Source: Octopus sinensis
Taxonomy: Eukaryota
Assembly (NCBI RefSeq): GCF_006345805.1
Contig: NC_043001.1
Coordinates: 96,410,001-96,474,000, forward strand
Direction: 5' to 3'
Length of the DNA: 64,000 nucleotides
The translations under genes and the position numbers were made by a program. Within the stretch, counting starts at the first letter, position 1. Every line of letters begins with the position of its first letter. The notes under the pieces were generated by a model, which did no database searches, was not told the DNA's origin, and saw nothing but the letters and a program-made list of their open reading frames with translations. Shown here one piece after another: positions 25,662-39,878 of the stretch.

Positions 25662-28600
25662 AGTAACCCTCTGTTCCTTTCACTTGTATTCTAATTCATT
25701 AGGAGTATGATCAAGATTGGTTGTGTAAATGCGCGTGGCTTGGGGTCCCCTTGGAAACATGGGTACCTCTTAAATGACATAAAGTCACATAAGTTAGAAA
25801 TCATAGCCATAAGTGAGACCAGACTCCACAATCCGCGGGCCCTAAAGACCATGTTTGGCGGACAGTTCAACATTTATTTTTCCCCCTGTCTGCCAAGAAT
25901 GGGCGGTAGTGGCACCGCGGTACTTTTTCGCAAGAGACTGGATCTCAAAGTAAAGACAATATTCGTAGACCCGGAGGGTAGACTGGTCGTCCTGGATGTC
26001 GACGGCAGCAATGGGTGCGCTTTTCGACTCGTATCAGTCTACGCACCGCCCTTAACAGGTCGAGCGGATTTCTTTCAACGTCTAGAAGTATTCTTGGGAA
26101 CGTCTCGTCCTTTACTCTTAGTGGGGGATTGGAATGCTACCTTGGACACGCATGTAGACTACGTGGGTAGAGATAGAAATAGACGGGGATGCAAATGCCT
26201 CAGAGACCTGCTCAGACGCTTTCAACTGTCTGACAGGTTCCGACTAGACCACCCGAATGCGCCAACGTGGACATGGAGCAACCGCATCGGGTCGTCGAGA
26301 TCGTATCTAGATAGGATACTGTGTAGGACAGTAGATAGAGATAGCATAGGATGTCCATAATTCCACATAGTCAGCTACACGGATCACAAACTTGTGACAT
26401 GTACACTAGACTTAGGTAAGACACTTAGGCAGGGTCCCGGATACTGGAAACTAAACACGTCTTTCCCATCGAGACAGGTTTTCAGAGACCGGACTAGCAC
26501 ACTAGTAAAGAGGGTTTTGACGGGAGCCATCATCAACAACAAATGGTGGTTTGCCCTCAAGAGAGCAGTAAAAGCAGAAGCGATTAAGTACAGCAAAGCA
26601 CTAGCCATAGATAGAAATAGAGTAGAGGGTGAGCTAGTTAAGAAGCTAAAAGAGGCAATTAGAAGCGGCATCGCATCCGACGTTTTGGCGGCGAGGTTGG
26701 CCCTCGACCAACACTTCAACGCCAAACACGAAGGATGTGCTGTCAGAGCTAGGATGCGTGCTCCAAGAAACGAAGGTGTTGGAGCCGCGAGAGAGGCCCG
26801 GGTGGCAGAGGCGCAACAGGGCAACAAAGCCACCATTCGGGGTCGGGTAGATGAACAGGGGCGCGAATTGATCGTGCCAAGTAAAATGTGTGAGGCCTTT
26901 CAACAGCATTTTGCCCGACTGTTCGGGACGGTGGCGGGTAGGGTGGACTTCACTGCCTACCTACACAGCCTACCACGACTCTCGACAAGAGAGGCAGAGT
27001 GCTGCGGAGGTGCCATCACGGCGGCGGAAGTGCAGGGCGCGTTGGCAGAATGCTCAAGGGACAAATCGCCGGGTTTGGATGGTCTACCCTACGAGCTTTA
27101 CAGTTGTATGCCAGACTTGTTTGGAGACGTCTTGGCAGCGGTGTACTGCAACTGGCAGCAAAACGGGAGCATTCCTGGTTTTGTGAGCCGAGGAGCCGTA
27201 ACATTGCTGAAGAAAGATCTAAACAAGGGAAATGTAATAGATAACTTTAGGCCCATCACTCTGCTTAATGCAGACTTGAAAATTTTGGCCAAGGTGTTAG
27301 CCAAGAGGTTGGCGCAGGTCATCGAGAAACAAGTCGACAAGGCGCAAACGTGCGCCGTGCCGGGCCGGACCATCCATGACAACCTCCACTTGATGCGCTA
27401 CAGCATAGACAGGGTAGTTAACGAACCTGGCATGGGTGGGGCGCTGATCAATTTGGATCAATCGAAAGCTTTCGATAGGGTAAACCATCGATACTTGGAG
27501 GCAGTCCTCAGAGCGGCTGGCTTCGGTCCCGTCTTCCGCGGCTGGATAACCGCTTTGTACAGAGGCATCCGTTCGGTAGTTCGCGTAAATGGACATCTAT
27601 CGAGACCTTTCGACATCGCACGTTCGGTCCATCAGGGATGCCCCCTCTCGTCGCTTCTATACGTATTGACTCTCGAGCCACTATTGCAGAAGATGGCAAC
27701 TCTGAGGGGCATCCCGCGAGAACTGGGATGCGGGACGAGCGTGTCTGCATACGCGGACGACGTCACCGTCATAGTGTCTAGCCACGAGCACATCGAGCAG
27801 GTCGGCGAGACACTGAAAAACTACGAAGCGGTGACAGGAGCAAAAATCAACCGGGAAAAGTCAGTGGGCTTGCGACTAGGCACCTGGAGAAGCAAGCCCA
27901 TGCCATCCACCAGCGCCTCCGTTGTGGGACGCTGGACCGACGGTCCGGTCGAGTTGCTTGGGGTCTGGTTCGGTCCGGACCTCCAAATGGAGAAGAACTA
28001 GAACGAGATAACGAGTAGGGTGGTCACTCTCGCCCGGCAATGGGCCGAGAGGAAACTGTCCCTAAAAGGTCGGGCGGAGGTGGCGAACACGTACATCGCG
28101 TCCGTCATCTACTACCGCCTGACCGTCGTGCCTTGTCCCGACCCTACCATCACCAAACTAGAACGCATTCTCTTTCGCTTCCTGTGGAAAGGATGCGTCG
28201 CCGTTTGTGAGGCACGCTTTCCCGCAGCTCGTCTCCATTACCGAACTGCAATCGTGGATCAAAAAGAGGCCGAGGAAGGGTGAATGGCACCGCGAGTGTC
28301 GCGTTGCTCTCAAGCAACTCTGCCGTCCTGGGTCAACCTTGAGTTACTCCATCACAACCAAAGCATTCTATAGGGGATTAGTGGAGGGGAGGTACAACGA
28401 CGAGCTCGGGGCGAACCTGGACGTCGACGAGGAATACCTGACCCGCCTGTTCGGGACGACTTTCGGGCCAGGGCCCATGGAAAACTTCCAGAGATCCCTG
28501 GCTTGGCAGTGCTACCGAGAAGCGCTACTCGTTCGGCATAAGCTCTACAGACACGGCTCGATAAAACACGGGGCCGACCTGCCCGAGATGCGGTCAGAGC

Positions 28601-29404
28601 GACGAAACCGTTCTGCACGCACTCGTGCAGTGTCCAACAATTTCCGACCTGTGGGCTTATGTCGAACAACTGCTATCACGTGTGGGACGAGTCGGTTTAT
28701 CAGCTGAGTCTATCGTCAATATTGTCACACCTCCTTCCTTCAAACGGGAAGGAAGAGCTATTTTCATCATCCTTGTGGCTATGGCGAAAGAATGTATCTG
28801 GTGGACGCGTCTGAAAGAATTGGAGACAAACACTTTCCTCTCTGGTCAACCTCTCATCAACTTCTTCAAGTACCACCTGAAAAGGAAAGTGAGAGTAGAG
28901 AGGTAAGTTTTGTCTAGCGAATGTTTTAAAAAAAGATGGGTGAATGTAGCAAGAATGGCACGTATGAATGACGAAGCCATCTTGAGCATAATCCTATGAA
29001 CCCAGAAATTGAAAACAGAGGGTTACCCACTTGCAAACAAATGTGGTAACATATAACAATATTGACCAAGGTTACCGTGGTCTTTTTCGTAGGCTTTTCT
29101 TCCCACGGATAAACCTTACTTGCTTTCCCCTTTACATCATACATCATGACATTGTGATACACGATCCCTAATGATCGTTTTTTTTCCTCTTCCCCTTTTT
29201 TTCCTCTTTTTTCTTTTTTCATTTTTCTTTTCTTTTGTTCCTTTTCCTTTTTTTCTTTTCTTTTTTTTGTTCTTTTTTCCCTTTTACGATCCCTTTTGAT
29301 CGAAAACCTACGCCACCTTTTTGTTTTTTTCATCCCCCAAAAGAAAAGCTCTACCTTGTAACTTGTCCCATCTGTGTGCAGCCCTGTGTGGTCAATAAAG
29401 AAAC

Positions 29405-29405
<1 letters not shown>
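25660..29405 (+). mobile_element. Tx1-clade retrotransposon copy 2 (second family), lacks ORF1
   Basis: Starts TAAGTAA (equivalent to the ORF1 Lys-stop of copies 1 and 3), ORF2 follows, T-rich 3'UTR ends AATAAAGAAACT then (TATC)n. Clearly more diverged from copies 1/3 than they are from each other. Confidence 0.92.
25707..28999 (+). pseudogene. Tx1 ORF2 (APE + RT), few lesions
   Basis: One frame 25707-28200 with only two nonsense changes (TAA 26358-26360, TAG 27999-28001); YADD at 27750-27761. Then a ~135-140-bp deletion, a frameshift near 28560 and a stop at 28904-28906; terminal TGA at 28997-28999. Confidence 0.92.
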
Positions 29406-29850
<445 letters not shown>

Positions 29851-29884
29851 GAAGTTTTCATACATGCATACATACATATGTACG

Positions 29885-29928
<44 letters not shown>

Positions 29929-31477
29929 TAAAGGAGAATATGGATTAACTGGGATTTTCAGAAAGAGAAATCGACGGACTAATTCGTACATTACAAGTGT
30001 AGTCTGTGAGTGGAACAGTAAAAATATGCAAGATTTTTCTCAAGTTCCAAATGTGAATTTGTCTATGTTAACTACATCCCAAAGATGGAGCTTTGTCTCT
30101 TTGCTGGAAAACGGCTCTCTCCTCAGTGGAAGATTTATAATAATTAAAAGATAAAAGAGACATAAATACAATACATACACAAATACATGCATACATACAC
30201 ACAGACAAACACACACATAGAGCAAATAAAAAAACATAAGCAGAAACAACAGAAGAGGACGTACACAGTGAATGTATGAGGTTGACGCTCAGTTTCAGAT
30301 GGAAACAAAGAGGGGATGTGATGTTTCAAGCATGGCTCTCCGTCAGAAGAGGAAAGAAGGAAGAAAGAAGAAAGTTCCGGAGGATATACACAACGGACTT
30401 TCACAGTTTCCGTTTACCAATCGACTCAAAAGGCTTTGGTCATCCCGGGACTGTAGTAGAAGACACTTGCCGCTTAGTGAAACTGAAATCGAAAACTTGT
30501 GTCTGTAAAGAGAGTTTCTTAACTGCATAAACATGCTTGCATCTAGAAAGGATAAGAAAATGAGTAACTGGATTGAGTCCGAGGTTTCTTTTTCTTAACA
30601 AGAACCCCGATGCCCCAAAACCCTGATAATTCACATGACAAAAAAAATAATTTTCATTTATGTTAAATTTTTATTGCGATATTTTTATGGAGCAGGAACA
30701 CACACGAAAACGAAAAGTATCGCTGAAGAGGTCACAGATGTGTGACGAAAGATTTCCGGACAATGGACATGAGATAAATATAAAAAAAACAAGAACAGTA
30801 ATAAACGAATGAAGAACAAATATATAGTGCAAAAAACCCCCCAAAAAACTGACCATCCCGAAATACAACGATATGTGTTTTAACATACTATTTCACATCA
30901 GGAGTCTTGCAACACAAATTGATAAACGTAATGTTTTTATTGTATTATGCGTTTGTATCATTCGCATTTTACACAAGCGCACAACACAGAGACACTTACA
31001 CAATAGATTTTTACTTCTTAGCTGAAGCTCAAATTTAAGTGACTGAATGTCACCGTCATGCAATGCTGACTCGCTCACTGCCCAGTCACTCCAGCAGTGA
31101 TCGCACTGGCATATAAACTAAGGTTACTGCATCGTTTGTGTGAACAAAAGTATGTTCATGATCAGTAAGCACACCTTTATCAAATTGTCTATTTTAAGCT
31201 TTATTCATTGCAGTTTTTGTACCAGCCAGAAACTGAAGTTTTCATCTCTTCTTATTTTGCTGATTGAACAGCAGCTGCATCAACAACTCTAGTGTTGGCC
31301 GACTTTGGCACCTGCTGGTTGAGTGGTAAAGCATGATTCTTCATCTCAAAAAGTAATTCCCACCTTCCTTGCAGTTTCGGCGACAATTTTATTCTCGTTA
31401 CAATTGAATTTTAGTAAGATCGTTTGAAGTCGGCAAATTGCTTTTGTTTTAGCTGTCATTATGAAATGTAATATTCA

Positions 31478-32595
31478 GTCGGTGAGCTAGCAGAATTTTT
31501 ATCAGGCTATGGAAAATGCTTCGCAGCATTTCGTCTGTCTTAACGTTCTGAGTTCAAATTCCACCGAGTTCGACTTTGTCTTTCATCCTTTCGGGGTTGA
31601 TAAATTAAGTACCAGTTGCGTACTGGGTTCGAGCTAATGGATTGCTTCACCGCCCCCAAAGTTTCGGGCCTTGTGCCTGGAGTAGAAAAGAATATTTAGT
31701 CGGTGAGCTAGCAGAAATTTTATCATGCCAGGGAAAATAGTTGGCAGCATTTCGCTTGTCTTTATGTTCTGAGTTCAATTTCGGCTGAGGCCGATTTTGC
31801 CTTTCATGCCTTTCAAGGTCAATAAAATAAGTACCATTTGAATTCTGTAGCCGATGTAATCGGCTGACCCACCGCCCTGAAAGTGCTGACCTTGTGCCAA
31901 CAATGAAATGCAATATAAACCAACATGAAATGCAATATAAAGCAGGGGGTTGGCAGAATCGTTAGCACGCCGGCATTTCGTCCGTCTTATATCTGTGTGT
32001 TCAAATTCCACTGAGGTCAACTTTGTCTTTCATCATTTCGAGGACCATAAAATAAGTACCAGTTGCGTACTGGGTTCAATGTAATCGACTTACCCACTCC
32101 CCCGAACTTGCTGACCCTGTGTCACAATTTGAAACATATATTTAGAAGCTTTAAGGCGGCGAGCCGGCAGAATCATTTGCTCTCGGGCAAAATGCTTTGT
32201 GACATTTTGTCTTCTTCACATTCTAAGTCCAAATTCCACCAACGTTGACTTCACCCTTCACTCCTATTGGGGTCGATGAATAAGTAACACTTGAGCACAG
32301 GGGTCGATGCAATCGACTTACCATCTCCCGAAATTGCTAGCCAAAATTTAAAACCAATATGAAATGTAATATAAGGCGGCAAAGTGGCAGAATAGTTAGA
32401 ACGTCGGACAAAATGGTTACCAGTATTTCTTCTGGCGTTACTTTCTGGGTTCAAATGCCGCTGAAGTTGACTTTGTCTTTCATCCTTCTGGGGTCGATAA
32501 AATAAGAACCGGTTGAGCACATGTGTCGATGTAATCGACTAGCGCCCTCATCTAAATGTTTAGGGCTTGTGCTTATAATAGAAAAGATTATAAAA
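31478..32595 (+). mobile_element. Head-to-tail array of five SINE family C copies (tail type 2)
   Basis: Units start near 31478, 31698, 31941, 32153 and 32374, each with the TTC..AGTTCAAAT.CC...GACTTTG.CTTTCATCC core. Further fragments at ~32790-32900, ~33040-33190 (minus) and ~33320-33460. Confidence 0.85.
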
Positions 32596-34239
32596 TGTAA
32601 TTAAGATGATTACCGTTGAAGGAACGTATGCGTTCCATAAAAAAGGCAAATCATGAAATAAGTCCTCTATTGCAGTGGAAATATTATGTGCAGACACCGA
32701 CATCTTAGTCTTCAAGCACATCACATCACTATGTAGTGTCTCGTTCCAGGATTGATACTATAGAGTTCGAACTCAGGGTGGTGTATTGGCAGCATTATTA
32801 GACTGTCGGACAAAATATCTTGCGATTCGACATTTTACGATCTGAGTTCGCAATCCTTCCAAGTCCCACTTAGCCCTTCGAACATTTGATTCATCCTTCA
32901 TCAACATCGTAAAGATGGCTGACCTGCTTCATGAGCAACTTCTGTCTGCCATAAAACATAATCCTTACTCACGCCTGCGAGGCTAATATGTATTCCAATA
33001 ATTAAAATAACAACTTTTTCCTGCCAGTCAAATTTTAAATCCCATTTCAATGCTAATTTCAGTAGATACATATTTCTTGTTGGATTCTCTTTGCTCTTCG
33101 GTTCACGTGACATCTTGTATCAATCCTGGAACGACAAGAATCAGCTGGATTCGGACTCAGAAAGTAAAATGCCGAAACAAATACTGCAGCATAATTTGTC
33201 TGACGCTTTTAGGGATTCTGCTAACTCAATGCTTTAATTTAATTGTTGGTTACTGAGTATCGCCATTATTAAACATTTATTAAGATATAAGCCATTATTA
33301 AAGATTTATTAAGATATAAGCAGAATTAGAAATATGTAGGAGTTACGTCCCTTTGCATTCTCAATTCAAATCTCGTTGCAGCTGACTTTGTCTTGCATAT
33401 CTCTGACATCGATCCAATCGATTACACCCTTAGTCAAAATATGTGGCCGTGTTGCTACATTAACAATAATTATTTATCCAATACATCATATTATATAGCA
33501 AACATGCTATGTACAATGACATTTGTCGGTTGATTTGTAACAGGTTATTACTAACAATTGATGCATCATGATACCGAGTAATACTAAATTTGATATATTT
33601 TAATTTTAGATGTCTGAATATCAACACCTGAAATAAAGCTACATCAATGACAGTAGGTAACAAATAGTACCATTTATCTATAGACTTGAATATACTAAAA
33701 CGAAAGAGTATACTGTTACATAGCACATTTATCATTTAGAATATATCGATTTAAAACACGGACGGAAAATGACTGTCTGGAAATTATTTGTGGAAAGAAA
33801 ATCACTTGACAAAATTACCTTACAGTCTTTAGTTCGTTCTACCTTTTACTTAGTCAAGTTCAAATCCTGCTTGATGTATTACACAATCTTGGGGTTAATT
33901 TATTAAAGCTTACATGCCTTCCCAAATACTCGTACTCTTATCAACATCATCTTTTGTAGCCGTCTTTTTATATTTCACTTCTACTGTTTCACTATTTCAT
34001 TTCTAAGTAAAATGCTATGTCAAGGTTTTCTAGTCGCTCCGCTTGTTCTAGTTTCTCGTCTTATATATTTTCTCGATTCTCTTTTTCCCTTGTACAGTCT
34101 TCATTCTTGTCTCTCTGACACTTTTCCATTATATTTAACTCCTTTTTAATTCACATTTTCTGTCTGTTCTGCATATCTCTCAGTTCAATTGGAAATTAGT
34201 GTTGATTTTTATGTAGTTACAAAGAATTATTGAAAAGCT

Positions 34240-35667
34240 GTATCTCTAAGGAGTTCGATACTATAGCAAAATTGACGTGGGGTCGAATTACGAACATAGA
34301 GGCTACTACAAATTATTCTGAGGGGCTGAAAGGATTGCTGAACAAGCTACACACCAGAGCAAGTATGCAATGTTGATGAAACTGCACCTTTTTAGAAGCG
34401 CTTGCCTGTTAGAACCTTTTTGTCTTTTAAGAAAAATCGACACCAGAATTTGAAGCAGGATTTAAATTGTTTGATACTTCTTCTGGGAGAAAATGCCTCT
34501 GGAGATACATAAAATTAAAACTCCCACTCGTGTATCACTCCAAAGAACCAAAGGCTTTCAAGAGTTTAATCTACTTTTGGTTTTTCGTTCAAATAAGAAG
34601 GCGTTGACTACCAAGAACCTTTTCGAAGAGGAGTTTACAAATATGTTTCGTTCTGCTGTAGAAAGGTACATTGCCAAACATGATATTTTCAGCAAAGCAT
34701 TACTCCTTTTAAATAATACTCCAGTGAACTTAAATAAGCTTTCTGATAAGTGAAAGTAGAACACATTCCCAAGAGTACGTTTTTGGTTCAGCTTATGGAT
34801 TAAGATGTAGTAGCTAACTCCATGCTACATTATCTGAGAAGTAATGGGATGAAGTGAAACCATCAACTATTAATGGTGTTTGAAAAAAATATGTAGCCAG
34901 ACTTTGTACATGATTTTATAAGTTTTCCACAAGCAGTATACATCAAATTCAGAAAGATATTTTGACACTTGTAAATGATGTAGGATTTGAAAATGTCGTT
35001 CATGTGATTGAGATGTCAGTGTTCCATCATGAAGGCTTATCTAACGAGGAACTGATGCTGTTGGCACAAGATCTGAAAATACAAATAAAAATACGGAAAT
35101 TCCATCAACCCCACTTGAATTGATTGCAAAGAATATCGCTAAAGGGTTGACACTTATAGAGGAAGGCCTGTAAAGTTTTTCTGTTAACAACCCTAATTGT
35201 AAAAGTAACATGAAAATTACAAGAGATGCTTTCAATGAGTTCAGTTCTAACACTGAATTGTACAAAGAGATGACGCACCATAAAAATCAAACAACCTTTT
35301 GATAAGTTCTTCATCGCTCAAGTAGATGCTGATAATGACGAATAAGGTAGAAGATATCTCCTCATCTTCATCATAATTCTTATTCCCGCATCTCACACTG
35401 TACTCAACGTCTTTTGTATTACAATATTACGATTCTTATTTATTCCCTAACGTACTTTCTTATAAATTTTTTTTAATGTATACACATTGTACTGTGTATG
35501 CTTAGAAATTGTTATTTTCCTGCTTAAAAGTGGTTGCATAGCTTGTGTTCTGTTGTTCATATTATTTTTTTCCCGAAAAATCCATCGGAACGCATCTCAG
35601 TTTACCACATTGAAAATCAACTGGGATTTTCAGAAACACATTAGGCCCGTATCGCGAGGGATCCCTG
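34240..35667 (+). mobile_element. Tigger/pogo DNA transposon remnant
   Basis: Across frameshifts: VCNVDETAPF, LLLGENASGD..KLKLPLVYHSKEPKAF, FRSNKKALTT, KALLLLNNTP, QLMD*DVV (DDE_1-like). Right end GCGAGGGATCCCTG resembles a Tigger TIR. Left end not found. Confidence 0.75.
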
Positions 35668-36471
35668 CATGTCGGAAGTAATGAGATATTGATCTCTAGA
35701 TCATGATATCTTGAAATGAAATTCCGATATTGTTATAGAATTATGAAGGTCCTGATGTCAACAATAGCACGGGAAAATTTAATTTGGCCCATGAACATTT
35801 TTGTTAATTGTCGGCCATCTCTTCGTTTCATTTCTAAACATTCCTTAACAAATTGATAATATTTTTATCTCTTTATATTTTAGACACCTTTTTAGTATAA
35901 ACGACATTTTCGTAACACTGTAAAAATATGTTTTAGAATCAATTTCAGAAAACTAAAACAATTCAATTTGAAAATCTTTGTTTATTGTCTAATTTTCAAC
36001 ATTTCAATAAACACACCCTATTGAGGAAGTAAAAAAAAAAACAAAGTTCAAAAATATAAAAATATTTCACGAAAATAAAAAAATTATATATTCATAAACA
36101 GTGGAGCCAAAGAGTCTAACTTAAAAGATAAAAGAGAATATTAATTTTACAAGGAATAGTTTCACTACCAGCGAAGAGATATGAAAAGTCATAGAGCAGT
36201 GTAATATGATTGGAGTTACCTCCTCAGTAAGACGCCATGACCTGCAGAGAGATATTCAACTGTAATCGACTAACTGTAATCTTCCCACAATAGTATTTTT
36301 TTCATGCAGATTCTGAACGATATTATTTAAAATGTGTTTAGTGTGTTTGCTTTGTCTTTTCAGTAGGGTTTGTTACTGAAACAAAGGAATAATGGAGATG
36401 GAAAAAGTGATTGTCAAAATACATGGTATCAGCTCCGCAGATTGATGCTCTTAGGTATTTATGCATCTTGG

Positions 36472-36750
<279 letters not shown>

Positions 36751-39700
36751 GACGAAAGTTCGACGGAATGGCAAATAGCCACAGGGGTTAAAAGGAAAAG
36801 ACCAAAAAAGTCCACCAAACAAGTAAGTAAAGCAGGGAGATATTTAACTCCGGACAGCATCCTCTTAGACAATAAAAATATCAATGACCCCGCAAAACCA
36901 CACACACAACTAACATCAATAGACACGGACAATAAAAAACTAATGGATTACATTGCATCCAACACGAACATCTGCGAAGATGACTTTAAGACAAATAATC
37001 ATCCGCGCACCACTCCACCGAAACACATAAGAATTTTACACATAACACAAACACAACACCATACACTGAAAACCATATTTCCAAATGCGGTAGGGGGGTT
37101 TCAAAGATACCTCTCAAAAAACTATTCAAACACCTCCTCAAAGACACTATAAAAGAAGACGAAAAAGCTGAAACTTTCGAAATGGGTAAGTAAGTGACCT
37201 TCCCTCTTGCCTCTTGTCTCTTCCAATGTAGTGTGTGAAACACAAATTTCTTAAACGTCAATTATGCTTAAATTAGGATGTGTGGCTTGGCGTCGGCTTG
37301 GAAACAAGGTTACCTTCTAAACGTCATCAAGTAACTGAACGTGGATATAGTAGCTATCAGTGAAACCAGACTCAGCAAGCCGCGGGCCCTCGCGTCCATG
37401 TTTGGCGATTAATTCGACATTTATTTTTCTCCCTGTCTGCCAAACATGGGTGGTGGAGGTACTGCGGTACTTTTTCGAAAGAGTCTAAATGTAAAAGTAA
37501 GAACAATATTCCTAGACCCGGAGGGTAGGCTGGTTGTCTTGGACGTGAATGGCAGAAATGGGTGTGCATTCCGACTGATGGCAGTTTATGCACCGTCCTT
37601 AACGGGTCGGGCGGATTTCTTCAGACGTCTAGAGGTTTTCCTGGGTACGTCTAGACCTTTACTGTTAGTAGGGGATTGGAAAGCTACCTTGGACATGCAT
37701 CTAGATTATGTGGGAACGGATAGGAATAGAAGGAGGTATAAGTGCCTCAAAGACCTACTCAGACGTTTCCATTTGTCTGACAGGTTCCGACTCGACCATC
37801 CGAACGTGCCAACGTGGACTTGGACAAACCGCGCCGGATCGTTGAGATCTTATCTAGATAGAATTCTATGCAGGACAGCGGATAGGGATAGCGTAGGATG
37901 TCCACAATTTAAAATAGTCAGCTACACAGATCACAAATTTGTGACGTATACGCTCGACTTAGATAAGACACATAGACAGAGTCCCGGTTACTGGAAACTG
38001 AACACGTCGCACTTAGCGCGACAGGTTTACAGGAACCGGATTAGCGAGTTAATTAAGAGGGCGCTGACGGGAGCCGTCGTTAACCGCCTTGTGGTTCGCC
38101 CTAAAAATGGCAATAAAATCGGAATCAATTAGGTTTAGCAAGGAATTAGCGATAGATCGAAATAGAGTAGAGGGAGAAATGGTTAAGAAACTAGAAGAGG
38201 CACTTACCACTGGCAGCGCAACCAGCGTGCTGGCTGCGAGGATGGCCCTCGACCAACACCTCAACGCCAAACACGAAGGTTGCGTCGTCAGAGCTAAAAT
38301 GCGTGCCTTAAGGAACGAAGGGATCGAAGCTGCGCGAGAGGCCCGGGTAGCAGAGGCGCACAGTGACAACAGAGCCACCATTCGGTCTCTAATAGATCAA
38401 CAGGGATGCAGTTTACGCGAACCCGAAAGGATGTGTGAGGCCTTTCAACAACACTTTGCTCGACTGTTTGGTGCGAGTGGTGGGTCGGAACGCGGGATGG
38501 ATTTCAGTACCTACCTGACCGACCTGCTGCGGCTCTTGGCAAGAGAAGCGGAGTGTTGTGAAAGTCCCATCACGGCCGCTGACGTGCGGGATGCGATGGC
38601 GGGCTGCGCGAGGGACAAGCCGCCTGGATTGGATGGTTTACCCTACGCGCTGTATTGTCAAATGCCAGACTTGTTTGGCGACCTCTTGGCATCAGTCTAC
38701 TGCAACTGGCAACAAAACGGGAGAATCCCCGGCTTCGTGAGCCGAGGTGCAGTGACGTTGCTGAAGAAAGACCCAAACAAGGGGAATTTTATAGATAATT
38801 TCAGGCCCATCACTCTGCTCAACGCAGATTTGAAAATTTTGGCCAAAGTAATAGCCGAGAAGTTGGCGCTTGTCATTGGTAAACTGGTCGACAGGGCACA
38901 AACATGCGCCGTGCCGGGCAGAACCATACATGACAACCTCCATCTGATGCGCTACATTGTGGACAGGGTAGTTAAGGATCCTGGCATGGGTGGGGCGCTG
39001 ATCAATTTGGATCAGTCTAAAGCCTTCGATAGGGTCGACCATCGGTACTTGGCGGCCGTCCTCAGGGCGGCTGGCTTCGGTCCCGTCTTCCGCGGTTGGA
39101 TCGCTGCCTTGTATAGCGGCATCCGATCGGTGATTCGGGTGAACGGTCACCTGTCGAAACCGTTTGACATCACGCGTTCGGTCCGTCAGGGGTGCCCCCT
39201 GTCGGCGCTTCTGTATGTATTGACTCTCGAGCCGCTACTGCGGAAGCTGGCGACACTGAGGGGCATCCCACGGGAACTGGGTTGTGGGACGAGCGTGTCG
39301 GCATATGCGGACGATGTCACCGTCATAGTGTCGAGCGAAAAACATCCAGATGATAGGTGAGACACTAAGAAAATACGAAACGGTGACAGGAGCGAAGATT
39401 AACCCGGAAAAGTCAGTGGGTATGCTACTCGGCACCTGGAGAAGCAAGCCCATGCCGTCCGACTGCGGCTCAGTAGTGGGACGCTGGACGGACGGACCGG
39501 TTAAATTGCTCGGGGTCTGGTTCAGTCCGGACCTCCAAATAGATAAGAACTGGGATGAGATCACGAGTAGAGTGGTCGCTCTCAGCCAAACATGGGCCGA
39601 GAGAAAGCTGTCTCTAAAAGGTCGGGTTGAGGTGGCGAACGCGTACATCGCATCCGTCATCGATTACCGCCTGACCGTCGTGCCTTGTCCCGACGCCACC

Positions 39701-39878
39701 ATCACCAAACTGGAACGCATACTCTTCCGCTTCCTGTGGAAGGGTGGCGTTCCGATGGTGAGGAATTTTACATTTGTTTCCTTTTTTTCTTCTTTTTCCT
39801 TTTCCATCTCCGAAAAGAAAAGCTCTACATTTGTAATTGTCCACTCTGTGTCCAACCCTGTGTGGCCAATAAAGAAAG

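Noticed and set aside
30900-31440. Possible second Tigger/pogo C-terminal remnant on the minus strand
   Set aside because: Only a faint ETARKVG similarity; no catalytic motif or TIR.
31461-32603. Repeat-spacer periodicity resembling a CRISPR array
   Set aside because: The long units are homologous SINEs rather than unique spacers, the context is eukaryotic, and there are no cas genes.
33595-33665. Apparent acceptor (TTTTAATTTTAG) and donor (AG|GTAACA) around a 47-nt exon
   Set aside because: Stop codons in all three frames and no neighbouring exons.
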